In this document: positions 1 to 9,708 of the stretch, one piece after another | Numbering within the stretch: position 1 is the stretch's first letter | Layout: each line of letters opens with the position of its first letter | Source of the DNA: an uncultured delta proteobacterium | Lineage (GTDB): Bacteria > Myxococcota > Myxococcia > Myxococcales > Anaeromyxobacteraceae | Length of the DNA stretch: 64,000 nucleotides | Reading direction: 5' to 3' | Assembly: GCA_963814585.1 (NCBI GenBank) | Contig: CAWFDF010000009.1 | Coordinates: 128,001 to 192,000 of the forward strand | The notes under the pieces: generated by a model | Told to the model about the DNA's origin: nothing | Databases searched by the model: none | Seen by the model: the letters and a program-made list of their open reading frames with translations, nothing else | Translations under genes and position numbers: made by a program

Positions 1-2
1 CC

Positions 3-335
3 GCGCTGCTCCGCCCCGCCGCCCGCTCGCTGCTGGAAGGGCTGCTGCCGGGCTCGGCGCGGGTGACCGCGCTGCGGCTGGGGCCGGTGCTGCTGGTGGC
101 CACGCCGGCCGAGCCCGTGGAGGCGGTGGGGCGGGCCTGGCGCGCGGCGGCCGGGCCGGACGCCGAGCTGCTCTCGCTGGTGGGCGGCTACGTCGGCTAC
201 GTGGACACCGCGTCCCGGTTCACCGCTGGTGAGGGTGAGGCCCGGCGCAGCTACTACGGCCCGGGGCTGGCGGCGCGGCTGGAGGAGGCGGTGGTGAGCG
301 CGGCCCGGGCCGTGGATCCGGCGCCCCCGCGCTGA
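3..335 (+). CDS. 3' end of probable neutral/alkaline ceramidase-like protein (5' truncated by window)
   Basis: Frame open from window edge; LRLGPVLLVATPAEP...GYVGY...YGPGL resembles the end of ceramidase N-terminal-domain proteins. Confidence 0.5.
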   Translation, partial: ALLRPAARSLLEGLLPGSARVTALRLGPVLLVATPAEPVEAVGRAWRAAAGPDAELLSLVGGYVGYVDTASRFTAGEGEARRSYYGPGLAARLEEAVVSAARAVDPAPPR

Positions 336-369
336 GCCGCCGGTCCCCGGTCCCCGGGTCCCCGGAGCG

Positions 370-822
370 CTAGCGCTGGCCGGCCGGCGGCAGGGTCTCG
401 AACGGGCCGCCGCGCGGCGCCTTCTCGAAGGCCTCGCGCAGCGCGTCCGGCGGCGCGGCCAGCCGGCGGGCCTTCATGTCCATCCAGCCGCCCAGCACCA
501 CGATGCGGGCCGCCTGCTTGCCGTTCTGCTTGAAGAGGTCGTGGGCCACCTTGAAGCGGGTGCCGTCGGGGGAGAGGCCGAGGGTGGTGAAGGTGATGGT
601 CAGCTCCTCGCCCATGTGGCACTCGCGCAGGTAGTCGATCTCCTCGCGGAGCAGCACCGGGCTGACCCCGTGCTGCCGCATCTCGGCGAGGCCGAACTCG
701 TGCTCGGCCAGGTAGGCCATGCGGACCTCGATGGCGTACTCGCTGTAGCCGGTGTTGCGCAGGTGGCCGTTGGCGTCGCAGTCGGCCCAGCGGATCCTGA
801 ACTGCCTCTCGTAGCGGTCCAC
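370..822 (-). CDS. acyl-CoA thioesterase (4HBT/FcbC hotdog family)
   Basis: RIRWADCDANGHLRN motif; GTG start with GGGAG RBS. Confidence 0.85.
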   Translation of the reverse strand: MDRYERQFRIRWADCDANGHLRNTGYSEYAIEVRMAYLAEHEFGLAEMRQHGVSPVLLREEIDYLRECHMGEELTITFTTLGLSPDGTRFKVAHDLFKQNGKQAARIVVLGGWMDMKARRLAAPPDALREAFEKAPRGGPFETLPPAGQR

Positions 823-886
823 GGCGGCTCCCGGCGGCCCCACGGTCGGGCGGGCCTCGAGCGCCGGTTCTAGCGCGAGCCGCCGC

Positions 887-2584
887 TCATGGCGAGAGCC
901 ACCAGAGCACCCCGGCGCCGGCGGCGCTCACCAGCGCGGCGGTGCCGGCGATCCAGGCGTTCCGGCTGGCGGCGTCGCCCTGGTCGACGAGGGCGGCCTG
1001 GTCGGCCGGGTCCACCCCGGGCGCGAGGATGCCGCCGGGGAGCACCATGGCGTCGGCGTCTCCGTAGGCCTGGTGGGCGGTCCAGCCCTGTTGCGCGGAG
1101 AGCCCGGCCAGGCCGACGGCCAGCACGGTGGTCCCGATGGCGAGGGGCTTCAGCCAGGCCGGCGGGGGGCTGGCGGAGGCCGGCTTCACCGGAGGCGCGG
1201 TCACGGCGGCGGCGATCGGGTCGGCGGGCGGCGGACGGGCCGCGAGATCCGGCGCCGCCGCGGCGGGGGTCGACGCGCTGCTCGCCGGGCGAGGCGCCGT
1301 GGCGGCCGGCCCGGGCGCGGCGGCCGGGGGCGAGGCGGACGGGGGCGCGGGGCGGGCGGGAGGTGGCGCGGAGGCGGCTCCGGCGGCTGATCCGCTGGCG
1401 GTGGCGGCCGCGGTGGCGGTGGCGGGAATTGCCGCCGCCGCGGCAGAGCCCGGTCCCGGAGCGGCCGCTGCGGCCACCGGCGCGGCGGTCCTGGCCCGCC
1501 CCTTGGACGGCCGGGGCGGCGGGGCCGCCGGGCGGGACGCCAGCCGGGCCCGGTCGTTCACCTCGCGTGACGGGGTCCCGGTCAGCAGGAAGGCGGCCAG
1601 CGCGCCGAGACTCCCGGACGGCACCCCGCCGCCCACCACGCGCACGCTCCCCTCGCGCTGCAGCGCCCCGTTCCGGACGTCGTAGACCGCGCCGACCAGG
1701 AACGGGGCCTCCCCCTCCAGCGCGCGGGTGGTGACCACCAGCCGGTCCACGCCGAGCCAGGCCCCGGCCTTCACCAGCGGGGCGCCCCGCTCACCGGCCG
1801 GCAGGGCCAGCGCCGGCCCGCTGGCGATCCGCACCGCCTCGGCCAGGGCGAAGTCGAGGGTGACGGTGCGGTCCTCCGCCGACAGGTCGACCGTCACCGA
1901 CGGCGGCCGCAGCTCGCCGGCCGCGCCCGCCACCCGGTAGGCACCGGCCGGCAGCATCACCGTCACCGGCGAGGGGCCGACGTCGCGCCCGCCCACGTAG
2001 ATGGTCCCGGACCGCCCGCCCGAGGCGACGGTGAGCCGCCGCCGTGGCATGGCGCGGACCCGGGCCCGCAGCTCCTCGAAGTGGGCCCGGTAGCCGGGGG
2101 CGTAGAGCATGGGGTCGAGCTGGTGCGACGGGTCGACCCGGAGGAGCGCCAGCTGCGTGGCGTCGGACTCCTCCCGCTGGCCCATGGTGAGCTGGAGGTG
2201 GGAGAGCCGCATCATGGCCCGGGTCCACTGCTGCCAGACCGCCTCGCCCTCGGGGAGCTCCTCGAGGTCGGCGACCACGGCCTTGAGGGTGCGCCCGGCG
2301 CTCTCGTACTCCCCGTTCTGGTAGACGGCCAGCGCCCCGTTGAAGGCCCGGTCGAGCTCGGAGGCGGTGGCGTCGCCGCTCCGTCCCTGCAGCCGGGCCC
2401 GCATCTCCGGGGCCTGCAGCACGCCGGGCACCCGCTCGGCGCAGGCGGCCCGGAGCTGGTGCGTCAGCTCGATGAGGTCGGGATCGACCGCCGCCGGCTC
2501 GTGGACCGCCAGCACGGCGACCCGCTCGCCCGGGCCGGGCGGCGCCACCAGGGTGAGGGCGGCGATGACGGCGAGGGGGCTCAC
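887..2584 (-). CDS. exported PEGA-like/TPR protein with Pro/Ala linker and C-terminal transmembrane hairpin
   Basis: Signal peptide; helical TPR-like segment; PEGA-like IYVGGRDVGPSPVTVMLPAGAYRV; two C-terminal hydrophobic helices. Confidence 0.65.
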   Translation of the reverse strand: MSPLAVIAALTLVAPPGPGERVAVLAVHEPAAVDPDLIELTHQLRAACAERVPGVLQAPEMRARLQGRSGDATASELDRAFNGALAVYQNGEYESAGRTLKAVVADLEELPEGEAVWQQWTRAMMRLSHLQLTMGQREESDATQLALLRVDPSHQLDPMLYAPGYRAHFEELRARVRAMPRRRLTVASGGRSGTIYVGGRDVGPSPVTVMLPAGAYRVAGAAGELRPPSVTVDLSAEDRTVTLDFALAEAVRIASGPALALPAGERGAPLVKAGAWLGVDRLVVTTRALEGEAPFLVGAVYDVRNGALQREGSVRVVGGGVPSGSLGALAAFLLTGTPSREVNDRARLASRPAAPPPRPSKGRARTAAPVAAAAAPGPGSAAAAAIPATATAAATASGSAAGAASAPPPARPAPPSASPPAAAPGPAATAPRPASSASTPAAAAPDLAARPPPADPIAAAVTAPPVKPASASPPPAWLKPLAIGTTVLAVGLAGLSAQQGWTAHQAYGDADAMVLPGGILAPGVDPADQAALVDQGDAASRNAWIAGTAALVSAAGAGVLWWLSP

Positions 2585-4174
2585 GGCGGCAGGGCGGTGG
2601 AGAGGTTCCCGGTGTTCCTCGGGTCGTGGAAGGCCTTGGGCCAGGGGGCGGAGGCGTCGAGCCGGCCGTCGAGGATGACGGCGTAGAGCCTGCCGTTGGC
2701 GGCCGGGAGGTAGGCGGTGGAGAGCGTGGCGCCGGCCGGCGCGAAGATGCCGGGGGGGCGGAGCGGGATGGCCGCCGGGGCGAGCTGGACCGTCCAGCGC
2801 AGCGTGCCGGCGCCGTCGAGCGCGCTCAGGTTGCCGTGGCCGTCGGCCACCACCACCGCGTCGTCGCCGGCGAGGAGCAGTGGCGTGAGCGGGACGCCGG
2901 GGAGGGCGGCGCTCTGCCAGCGGGCGCTGCCGGTGCTGGTCCAGCAGGAGAGCACCTTGCCCTTCTCGGGCACCACCACGTCGCCGTTGGCCCGCACCAC
3001 CGGCCCGTCGGCGGGGAGGCCGGTGGCGGCGAGCGGCGTGACGAGGCCGGCCGGCGAGATGGAGAAGAGCGAGTTGCCCCCGGCGGCGGGGGTGGTGAGG
3101 GCGAGGATGTCACCGGTGGAGCGGAGCGCCAGGGGGGCGGCAATCGGCGAGCCGAGCGAGGCGGGTGAGGACCAGCTCTCGACCGGGAATCCGAGTACGT
3201 GTCGAGGCTGAAGCGCGCGCAGGTTGTTCCCCTCTGCGCCAAAGAAGGTCGACCCTTGCGCGATCGGCTGATAGAGAGCACTTCGCCCGGGTACATTGGC
3301 GAATTGCCGCACACGCCACCCTGCACCGAGTAGAAGCGCCCAGAGGCCGATGAGGCGAAGCGGTCCCCACGTGAGTTCGAGCGCGAGCCCCTTCACCGCC
3401 GCCTGCGTGTTGCACACCATCTCCACCACCGCCGGATCCGCCGGCGCCGCTGGCAGCGTCACCCGGTAGACCCTCCCGTCGTCGCTCGGCACCCAGGTGC
3501 CGTCGCTCCCCACCACCACCGGCGCCGTCAACGCGCCGGTGCCGACCGCCACCGGGGCCCGGACCGCCGCGCCGGCAGGCCCGATGAAGTGGAGCTTCCC
3601 GTTGGTGCCGCCGAAGATGGCGGTCCCCAGATCATCGACCGCCACGGCGCCTGGCACCGGCACCGGCAGCTCCCCCGGCGCGAACTCCACCGACCACCTC
3701 AGCCTGCGTCACCGTCCCGACCGGCCGCGAGGCCGTCGCCCGGTTCCCCGCCACGTCGCGCGCCTCCACCGTCAGCTCGACCGGCCGCTCGAAGGCCGGG
3801 AACGGCCAGTCCCCGAGCGGCAGGCTGCCCTGCCAGGTGCCGCCCTGCAGCGTGAGCGGCACCGCCGTGGCCGGCGCCAGGTCGAGGCTGGCGGTGACCG
3901 CGGCCAGCTGGATGTCGTCGTGGGCCACGGCCGAGACCGTCACCACCGAGTCGCGCAGGCACGGCGCCAGGCAGGTGACCGTGACCGAGTCGATGACCGG
4001 CGCCCCGGCGTGGGGCCAGCAGACGCCGGCCGGGTCGCAGTACTCGCCCCCGGCGCACTCGGCGTCGGCGGTGCACCGCGTGCGCGGCGCCGGCGCGCCG
4101 CACGCCAGCAGCGCCGCCTGCGCCACCGACAGCACCGCCACTCCTCCGAGCCTCCACATGAACGGCCTCCGCAT
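2581..4174 (-). CDS. lipoprotein with Cys-rich module, Ig-like domain and PQQ-like beta-propeller (apparent frameshift near 3705; possibly compensating indels 3200-3370)
   Basis: LLAC lipobox-like sequence; CTADAEC..C..C; VEARDVAGN; removing one base near 3705 restores VTRLRWSVEF; propeller repeats; WPKAFHDPRNTG C-terminus. Confidence 0.7.
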
Positions 4175-4188
4175 GACCACCCTCCGGA

Positions 4189-4830
4189 TCAGAACGTGAA
4201 GCGGATGGCCGTCCCGGCGGCCAGGGCGGCGGCGCCCACGCCGTAGGCCACGGCGCTCTGGGTCCGGTGGCTCCGCCAGGCGTCGTCGGCCGCCACCCAG
4301 TCCTCGGGCGTGGTGGCGGCGTCCGCCTTCCTGGCGTCGTCCCGGGCCTGCAGCCCGAGCACCAGCCCGGCCGCGACCGAGATGGCCCCGCCCACCCAGA
4401 GCGTCCAGGTGGCCGGCTTGACCCAGGCCGGGTGCTGCGTCCCGGCGACGCGCTGCAGCCCGCGCAGCGCGGCCGCCAGCGGCGCCACCGGATCGGCCCC
4501 GGTCGGCACCTGGAGCGTCCGCCAGGCCAGCTCCTCCTCCGCGGCCGAGGTCAGGATCAGCGTGTAGCGGCTCCCCTCCGGGCTGCCGGCCGCCACCGAC
4601 GACACCGCCCGCTCCAGGCCGGCCCGCCCGGCGGCCCGGGCCGCCTCGGCCGGGGACTCGCAGGCCACGCCGTAGTCGAGCACGTCGCGGCCGAGCGTCC
4701 GCCCGGCCTCGAGGATGGCCTCGGGGCGGGCCAGCGCGGGATCTCCGGCCAGCCTCGGCCGGCAGAGCAGCATGCGATCGCCGCCGGCGCCGAGGACCAG
4801 CGAGACGAGCAGGGCTGTGGTCAGGGGCAT
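4189..4830 (-). CDS. exported hypothetical protein with C-terminal transmembrane hairpin
   Basis: Signal peptide MPLTTALLVSLVLGAGG; tail resembles that of 887-2584 (PAW-x-KP then two hydrophobic helices). Confidence 0.65.
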   Translation of the reverse strand: MPLTTALLVSLVLGAGGDRMLLCRPRLAGDPALARPEAILEAGRTLGRDVLDYGVACESPAEAARAAGRAGLERAVSSVAAGSPEGSRYTLILTSAAEEELAWRTLQVPTGADPVAPLAAALRGLQRVAGTQHPAWVKPATWTLWVGGAISVAAGLVLGLQARDDARKADAATTPEDWVAADDAWRSHRTQSAVAYGVGAAALAAGTAIRFTF

Positions 4831-5044
4831 GGGGGGCCTCGACCGCGACGGTGAGTGGATCCGGGGGCCTTCGTGTTCACCATACCCCGGCGAGGGCTGC
4901 AAGGACCATGCGCTGGTGATCGGGGCCGATCCGTCGCTCCCCCCGGTGCCCGGGGCGGCCGCCAGGCGGACCCCCGGTCCGCGAGACGGCCAGTCCTGGT
5001 CGGACCCGGCCGGAGATCAGCCCACCTTTCGCCGGCTTGGAACG

Positions 5045-5060
5045 TGGCACGCCGCGAGCA
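5045..5060 (+). promoter_or_regulatory. putative sigma54 (-24/-12) promoter
   Basis: TGGCACGCCGCGAGCA = GG-N10-GC, 65 bp upstream of ATG 5125. Confidence 0.6.
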
Positions 5061-5124
5061 AACACTTTCTAGCGGATCCGCCACCCCGACCCCGTGTACG
5101 GTTGCCGAAGAGGAGACCCTCGCC

Positions 5125-7329
5125 ATGTTCACCGATCGTCGCGGCGCCGGCGCGCCCTGGCCCCTCCCGCTCGCCCTCGCGCTCGCCCTCCTGCTGGCCG
5201 CCTGCGGCGGGTCCGGGGAGCGGGTGCGGACCTGCTCCTCGGACGCCGAGTGCGGCCCGGGCGCGCTCTGCCTCCAGTCGGCCTGCGTGACCAACCGCCG
5301 GCCGGCGGTGACGCTGCAGCTCCCGGCCGCGCCCACCACCCACCGGGCCCTGGTCGTCGAGGCGACCGCGGCCGACTCCGACCCCGGCGACTCGATCACC
5401 CGCTTCGCCTGGACGGTCACGCCGGTCGGTGCCGCCTGCGACGCCGAGCCGGAGCCCAGCTCCGGCCCGGCGCTCGAGCTGGTCTTCTGGTGCGCCGGGA
5501 CCTACCAGGTGACGGTGGTCGCCGAGGACGCGCGCGGCGCCTCCAGCCTCGCGGCGACGCAGACCGTCGAGGTGGCGCCGGCCACGGGCGCGCCGGTGGT
5601 GACCACCCCGCCCGCGCTCGAGGTGGAGCACGCCTGCGGCGGGGCGCCCTTCGCCTGCCGGCCCGCGGCCGCCGGCCGCCCCATCGCCCTGCCGCTCTCG
5701 GCGACCGTCGACGACCCGGCCGGCGGCGCGCTGATCTCCCGCTGGCGCCTGATCCCACCGCCGGGCGCCGGCACCGACTGCACCGTGTCCTTCGCCCAGG
5801 GCGAGGCCAGCCTCACCAACCAGGCCTGGATGGAGAGCCGCGGGGTGATCGCCGGGACGTGGCGCTTCCGGCTGCGCGTCGCCGGCGCCACCGGCCTGCT
5901 CGGCCAGGCGGACCAGGTGGTGGTGATCGGCAACCGGCCGCCGGAGCTGGCCGGGCAGGCGGTGACGCTGGCGCACCGCCACGAGGGAGGCCGGTACCTG
6001 GCCAGCGGGCAGGTCGCCCTGCCGGCCACCGACCCGGACGGCGACCCGCTGACGCTGGTCGCCTCGCTCGACGAGGCCGGGACCGACGGCTGCACCTCGA
6101 GGGTCGGGGCGGTGACCTCCGGCTCGGTCGAAGTCGAGACCAGCTGCGCGGAGCCGGCCAGGCTGCTCGGCGCGGCCACCAGGATCCTGCGGGTGGTGGC
6201 GCGCGACGCCGGCGGCGGCGCCACCGAGGCGCTCTTTCCCATCGAGATCGGCAACCGCCCGCCGGTGGTCCGGCTGGCCTCCAACCCGGCCGGGGCCAGC
6301 GTGGCGGTGGATCACACCGTGGGCGCCTGCCCCGGCGGCGCCGGCGACTGCTACCTCGCCTCGGGCACGGCGGCGTTCGAGGCCGTCGATCCCGACGGCG
6401 ATCCCCTGCCCAGCCTCACGGTCGAGGGCCTGGTGGGGGCCTGGCACTCCCACTCCAGCGCCCGCGTGACCACCGCGGCCGGCGTGGCGTGGTTCGGCTT
6501 CGCCACCGCCGTCGGCTGGCCCACCGAGTTCCGGACGGCGAGCGGCGCCACCGGCTTCACGCTGCAGGCCAGCTCCGTCGACCCCTTCGGCGCCGCCACC
6601 ACCCTGCCGGTGGCCGTGGTGGTGGGCAACCGGCCGCCGCTGGTCAGGGCCACGGTCGCACGCATCGTCGTCCCCCACCGCTACGACGCCGGCCGTGGCG
6701 CCTGGGTCGCGGCCGCCTCGCCGGCCAGCTTCGAGGACCCGGACGGCGACCCGCTGCTGCCCGGCCCGGGCGGCGACGACCCGGCCTGCCGCACCGTCGC
6801 GGTCACCGGCGGCGCCGGCCAGGTCGAGTGCACCCTGGCCTACGCGCCCGCCTCCGGCCTCCCGCCGCTGGCCTCGTTCGTCGGAGACCACCGGGTCCCG
6901 GTGGGCGTCACCGACGGCTGGGCGGCGGTGGCGGCCCCGTCGACGGTCAGCATCCAGAACGGCTCGCCCGCGCTGCGGCCGTTCGCGGGCACGGTGGAGT
7001 CCTGCGCCTGCCGGTGCGCCAAGTGGAACGCCGACGGGAACGCCTGCCTCGGCCAGCCGACCGAGGTGGTCAACACCGCGGTGGTCCCGCTCCCGGTCCT
7101 GGTCGACGAGGCGGACGGCGACCCGCTCCAGGTCACCTTCACCGGGGTGATCCCGGCCGGGGGCGACCAGAAGACGGTGTTGCCCGGCTCCTGCGCGGCC
7201 ATCCTGTACAACCCGACGCTCCCCGTCACCGTGCAGGTCACGGTGGACGACGGCGTGGTCCAGTCGCAGACCGCCTCGACGGTGATCGGGGTGACCTGCC
7301 CGTCGCTCGGCCGGCCCTGCGAGCTGTGA
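5125..7329 (+). CDS. Cys-rich lipoprotein with repeated PKD/Ig-like (NRPP...DPDGD) domains
   Basis: AGGAG RBS; LLAAC lipobox; CSSDAEC..C..C module; several GNRPP and DPDGDPL repeats. Confidence 0.75.
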   Translation: MFTDRRGAGAPWPLPLALALALLLAACGGSGERVRTCSSDAECGPGALCLQSACVTNRRPAVTLQLPAAPTTHRALVVEATAADSDPGDSITRFAWTVTPVGAACDAEPEPSSGPALELVFWCAGTYQVTVVAEDARGASSLAATQTVEVAPATGAPVVTTPPALEVEHACGGAPFACRPAAAGRPIALPLSATVDDPAGGALISRWRLIPPPGAGTDCTVSFAQGEASLTNQAWMESRGVIAGTWRFRLRVAGATGLLGQADQVVVIGNRPPELAGQAVTLAHRHEGGRYLASGQVALPATDPDGDPLTLVASLDEAGTDGCTSRVGAVTSGSVEVETSCAEPARLLGAATRILRVVARDAGGGATEALFPIEIGNRPPVVRLASNPAGASVAVDHTVGACPGGAGDCYLASGTAAFEAVDPDGDPLPSLTVEGLVGAWHSHSSARVTTAAGVAWFGFATAVGWPTEFRTASGATGFTLQASSVDPFGAATTLPVAVVVGNRPPLVRATVARIVVPHRYDAGRGAWVAAASPASFEDPDGDPLLPGPGGDDPACRTVAVTGGAGQVECTLAYAPASGLPPLASFVGDHRVPVGVTDGWAAVAAPSTVSIQNGSPALRPFAGTVESCACRCAKWNADGNACLGQPTEVVNTAVVPLPVLVDEADGDPLQVTFTGVIPAGGDQKTVLPGSCAAILYNPTLPVTVQVTVDDGVVQSQTASTVIGVTCPSLGRPCEL

Positions 7330-7335
7330 CCGGCG

Positions 7336-8793
7336 CTACGCGGTCGGCGCGCGGCTCGCCCGCTTGCGCTCCAGCGCGGCGTCGGCCGCCTGCGCCACCA
7401 GCTCCGGGCCGAGCGCCCGGTCGAGCACCGCGTCGGCCCCGGCGGCCTCGAGCTTCCGCTCCAGCTCGAGGTTCATCTTCCCGGTGACCACCACGATGGC
7501 GGGGCCGGGCTCGCCGCCGGTGGCGCGGATGGTCCGGACCAGGATCTCGCCGCCCCGGCCCGGCACGGCCACGTCGGTGAGCAGGAGATCGAGGCCGAGC
7601 AGGTCGTCGGAGACCAGCCGCAGCCCGTCGGGGCCGAGGGGCGCGGTGGCCACCTCGAAGCCGCGCTCGCCGAGGGCGTCGGCCACCAGCTGCCGGAACG
7701 GGCCGTCGTCGTCCATCACCACGGCCCGGCGCGGCCGCACCGAGAGGTGGGCGATGGCGGCCTGCAGGGCGGCCTCGCCCTCGGCGTCGAGCGTGAAGCG
7801 GACGCCCATGCCGTCCCGGTTGACGAAGGCCACCAGCGCCTGGGCGGAGAGCTCGGCGCCGTTGGGGAGCCGGAACTGGAGCGAGAGCGGCGTGCCCACC
7901 GGCATGGGCCTGGAGGAGCGGACGAAGGCGCCGCCGTGCGAGAGGTTCTCGACGAAGGCGGCCTCCAGCTCCCGGTCGGTGGCGTACTCGATGGTCGCCC
8001 CCGGCGGAGCCGGCGCCGGCGCTCCGGCCGCGCCGGGAGCCACCTTGACCGGGGCCCGGACCGCGTAGCGGGGCGCGACGCGGGCGCCCGGGGTGGCGCC
8101 GCCAGCGTGCCGCTCCAGCAGGGCGCGGATGGAGGGGGCCGCCTCGGGGATGGCGAGCGAGAAGCCCGCCAGCTTCCCCGGCCCCGCCTCGGCCGCGGCG
8201 CGCCGGCCGGTCACCCGGGTCCGCACGCCGACCGGCTTCTCGACGCCGGCGGCGCGGACCACCAGCATCACCTCGTCGCCGAGCGGCGGCGCCAGCGGCG
8301 ACGGCAGGAAGAGCTCGCGCAGGAACGGCTCGTAGGAGGCGCCCTCCCAGCCCGGACCGCCGGCGTCGACCACCAGCATGGGCCGGTCGGCCGCCGCGCG
8401 GCGGCGCGAGGCCGGCGCCCCGGCCTCGGTGAAGAGCGACCCGGCGGCCTCGAAGAGCGCGCCGGGCGGGATCGCCCTCCGCTTCAGCTCGCACCCCTCG
8501 AGGTGGGCCTGGAAGGCGGTGCGCTCGCCGTCCGCCATGGCGTCCAGCGAGAGGGCCCGGCCGCCAGCCCGCGCCGTCCAGAAGGCCAGCCGGGCCCGGA
8601 TGGCCTCGCCGAAGGCCCCGGAGGCGAAGCGCAGCGCCACCACCAGGTAGCCCGACGAGGTGCGGAAGACCAGGTCGCACTCCTCCAGGGCCGGCCCGAG
8701 CAGCAGCGGCAGCGAGCAGACCAGCCGCTCGGCCGCCAGCAGGCGGGCGCCGGTGGCGCGGACGAAGACGCAGACGTACTCGACGTGGCTCAT
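7336..8793 (-). CDS. PilZ-domain (TIGR02266-like) protein with C-terminal receiver domain
   Basis: RVAPR and ENLSHGG PilZ motifs; REC domain (MDDD, LLLTD, VVTG). Confidence 0.8.
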   Translation of the reverse strand: MSHVEYVCVFVRATGARLLAAERLVCSLPLLLGPALEECDLVFRTSSGYLVVALRFASGAFGEAIRARLAFWTARAGGRALSLDAMADGERTAFQAHLEGCELKRRAIPPGALFEAAGSLFTEAGAPASRRRAAADRPMLVVDAGGPGWEGASYEPFLRELFLPSPLAPPLGDEVMLVVRAAGVEKPVGVRTRVTGRRAAAEAGPGKLAGFSLAIPEAAPSIRALLERHAGGATPGARVAPRYAVRAPVKVAPGAAGAPAPAPPGATIEYATDRELEAAFVENLSHGGAFVRSSRPMPVGTPLSLQFRLPNGAELSAQALVAFVNRDGMGVRFTLDAEGEAALQAAIAHLSVRPRRAVVMDDDGPFRQLVADALGERGFEVATAPLGPDGLRLVSDDLLGLDLLLTDVAVPGRGGEILVRTIRATGGEPGPAIVVVTGKMNLELERKLEAAGADAVLDRALGPELVAQAADAALERKRASRAPTA

Positions 8794-8882
8794 GGTGGTC
8801 GGCCCGGGTATCAGATACACCCGGCGAACGGTGGACGCACCGGGAAGCGCTTCGTGACTCCGGATCGACCCGGCGCCCCCAT

Positions 8883-9548
8883 TCAGCGCGAGATGCAGGT
8901 GGCGCCGCCGCCGCGCACCAGCGCCGCGCAGGTCCCGCCGCCGGTGATCTCGACGTGGCTCTGGTCGGCGGCGGAGCCGACCACGTCGCCCGCCGAGTGG
9001 ACCCGGAGCGTCGAGCCCCCGGTCAGCAGCACGTTGGCGCCGGCCACCGGGTAGGCGAAGGCATCCAGCCCGGAGCCGCCCGACAGGCTGACCCGGAGCT
9101 GCTGGCCGCCGGGGCCCTGCAGCTGCACGTTGCTGAGCCCGGCCGCCTCGACCTCGAAGGTGAAGCCGGCCACCGCGCTGCCCGCCCCCTTGACGTCCAC
9201 GTTCGAGGCCCCGGTGGCCCGGACGGCGCGGAGCGCCTTGGCCTGCGCCACGATCCGCAGCGGGTGGACCGAGTCGATCCCCTCGATCCCGTGGAGCCGG
9301 GTCCTGAGGACGCCGTCCTCCACCGGGGTGAGCACGTACTGGAGCAGGTTCTCGTCGCCGCTGATGCTGACCGCCTGCGCGGTGGCGTTGGCGGTGATGG
9401 TGGCCTCGATGGCGAGATCGATGTCGGCGGCGTCGAACGGCGGCACGGTCCGCTGCTCCTGGCCCAGCACGCCGTTGCCCGACACGTGCGGGTTGCAGGC
9501 GGAGAGCGCGAGCGCGCCGAGGAGGCTGATCAGGAGGTGGCGGTCCAT
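8883..9548 (-). CDS. GIN/DUF2807 (autotransporter adhesin head-like) lipoprotein
   Basis: LSAC lipobox; VSGNG..QEQR, ISGDENLL, repeated SGGS beta-helix pattern. Confidence 0.8.
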   Translation of the reverse strand: MDRHLLISLLGALALSACNPHVSGNGVLGQEQRTVPPFDAADIDLAIEATITANATAQAVSISGDENLLQYVLTPVEDGVLRTRLHGIEGIDSVHPLRIVAQAKALRAVRATGASNVDVKGAGSAVAGFTFEVEAAGLSNVQLQGPGGQQLRVSLSGGSGLDAFAYPVAGANVLLTGGSTLRVHSAGDVVGSAADQSHVEITGGGTCAALVRGGGATCISR

Positions 9549-9708
9549 GTTCGGGTCCAGCGCTGGCCGGTCGAGCCAGGGGTGGGGGTGGTCGGTCGAG
9601 CCGATGGGCTGCATCCTACTTCCAACCCGCGGCGCCGCCCAGCGCGCCGCCTCCCACCTCGGCGCACCTCCACGGCCCTGGCCGGGTCGAGGCGGCCGCC
9701 GGAGCGGA

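Noticed and set aside
3170..3340. DGR variable region or RAYT-motif copies at the low-GC patch
   Set aside because: No RT or template repeat in the window; matches to the AACTACTCTGGGTC motif are too weak
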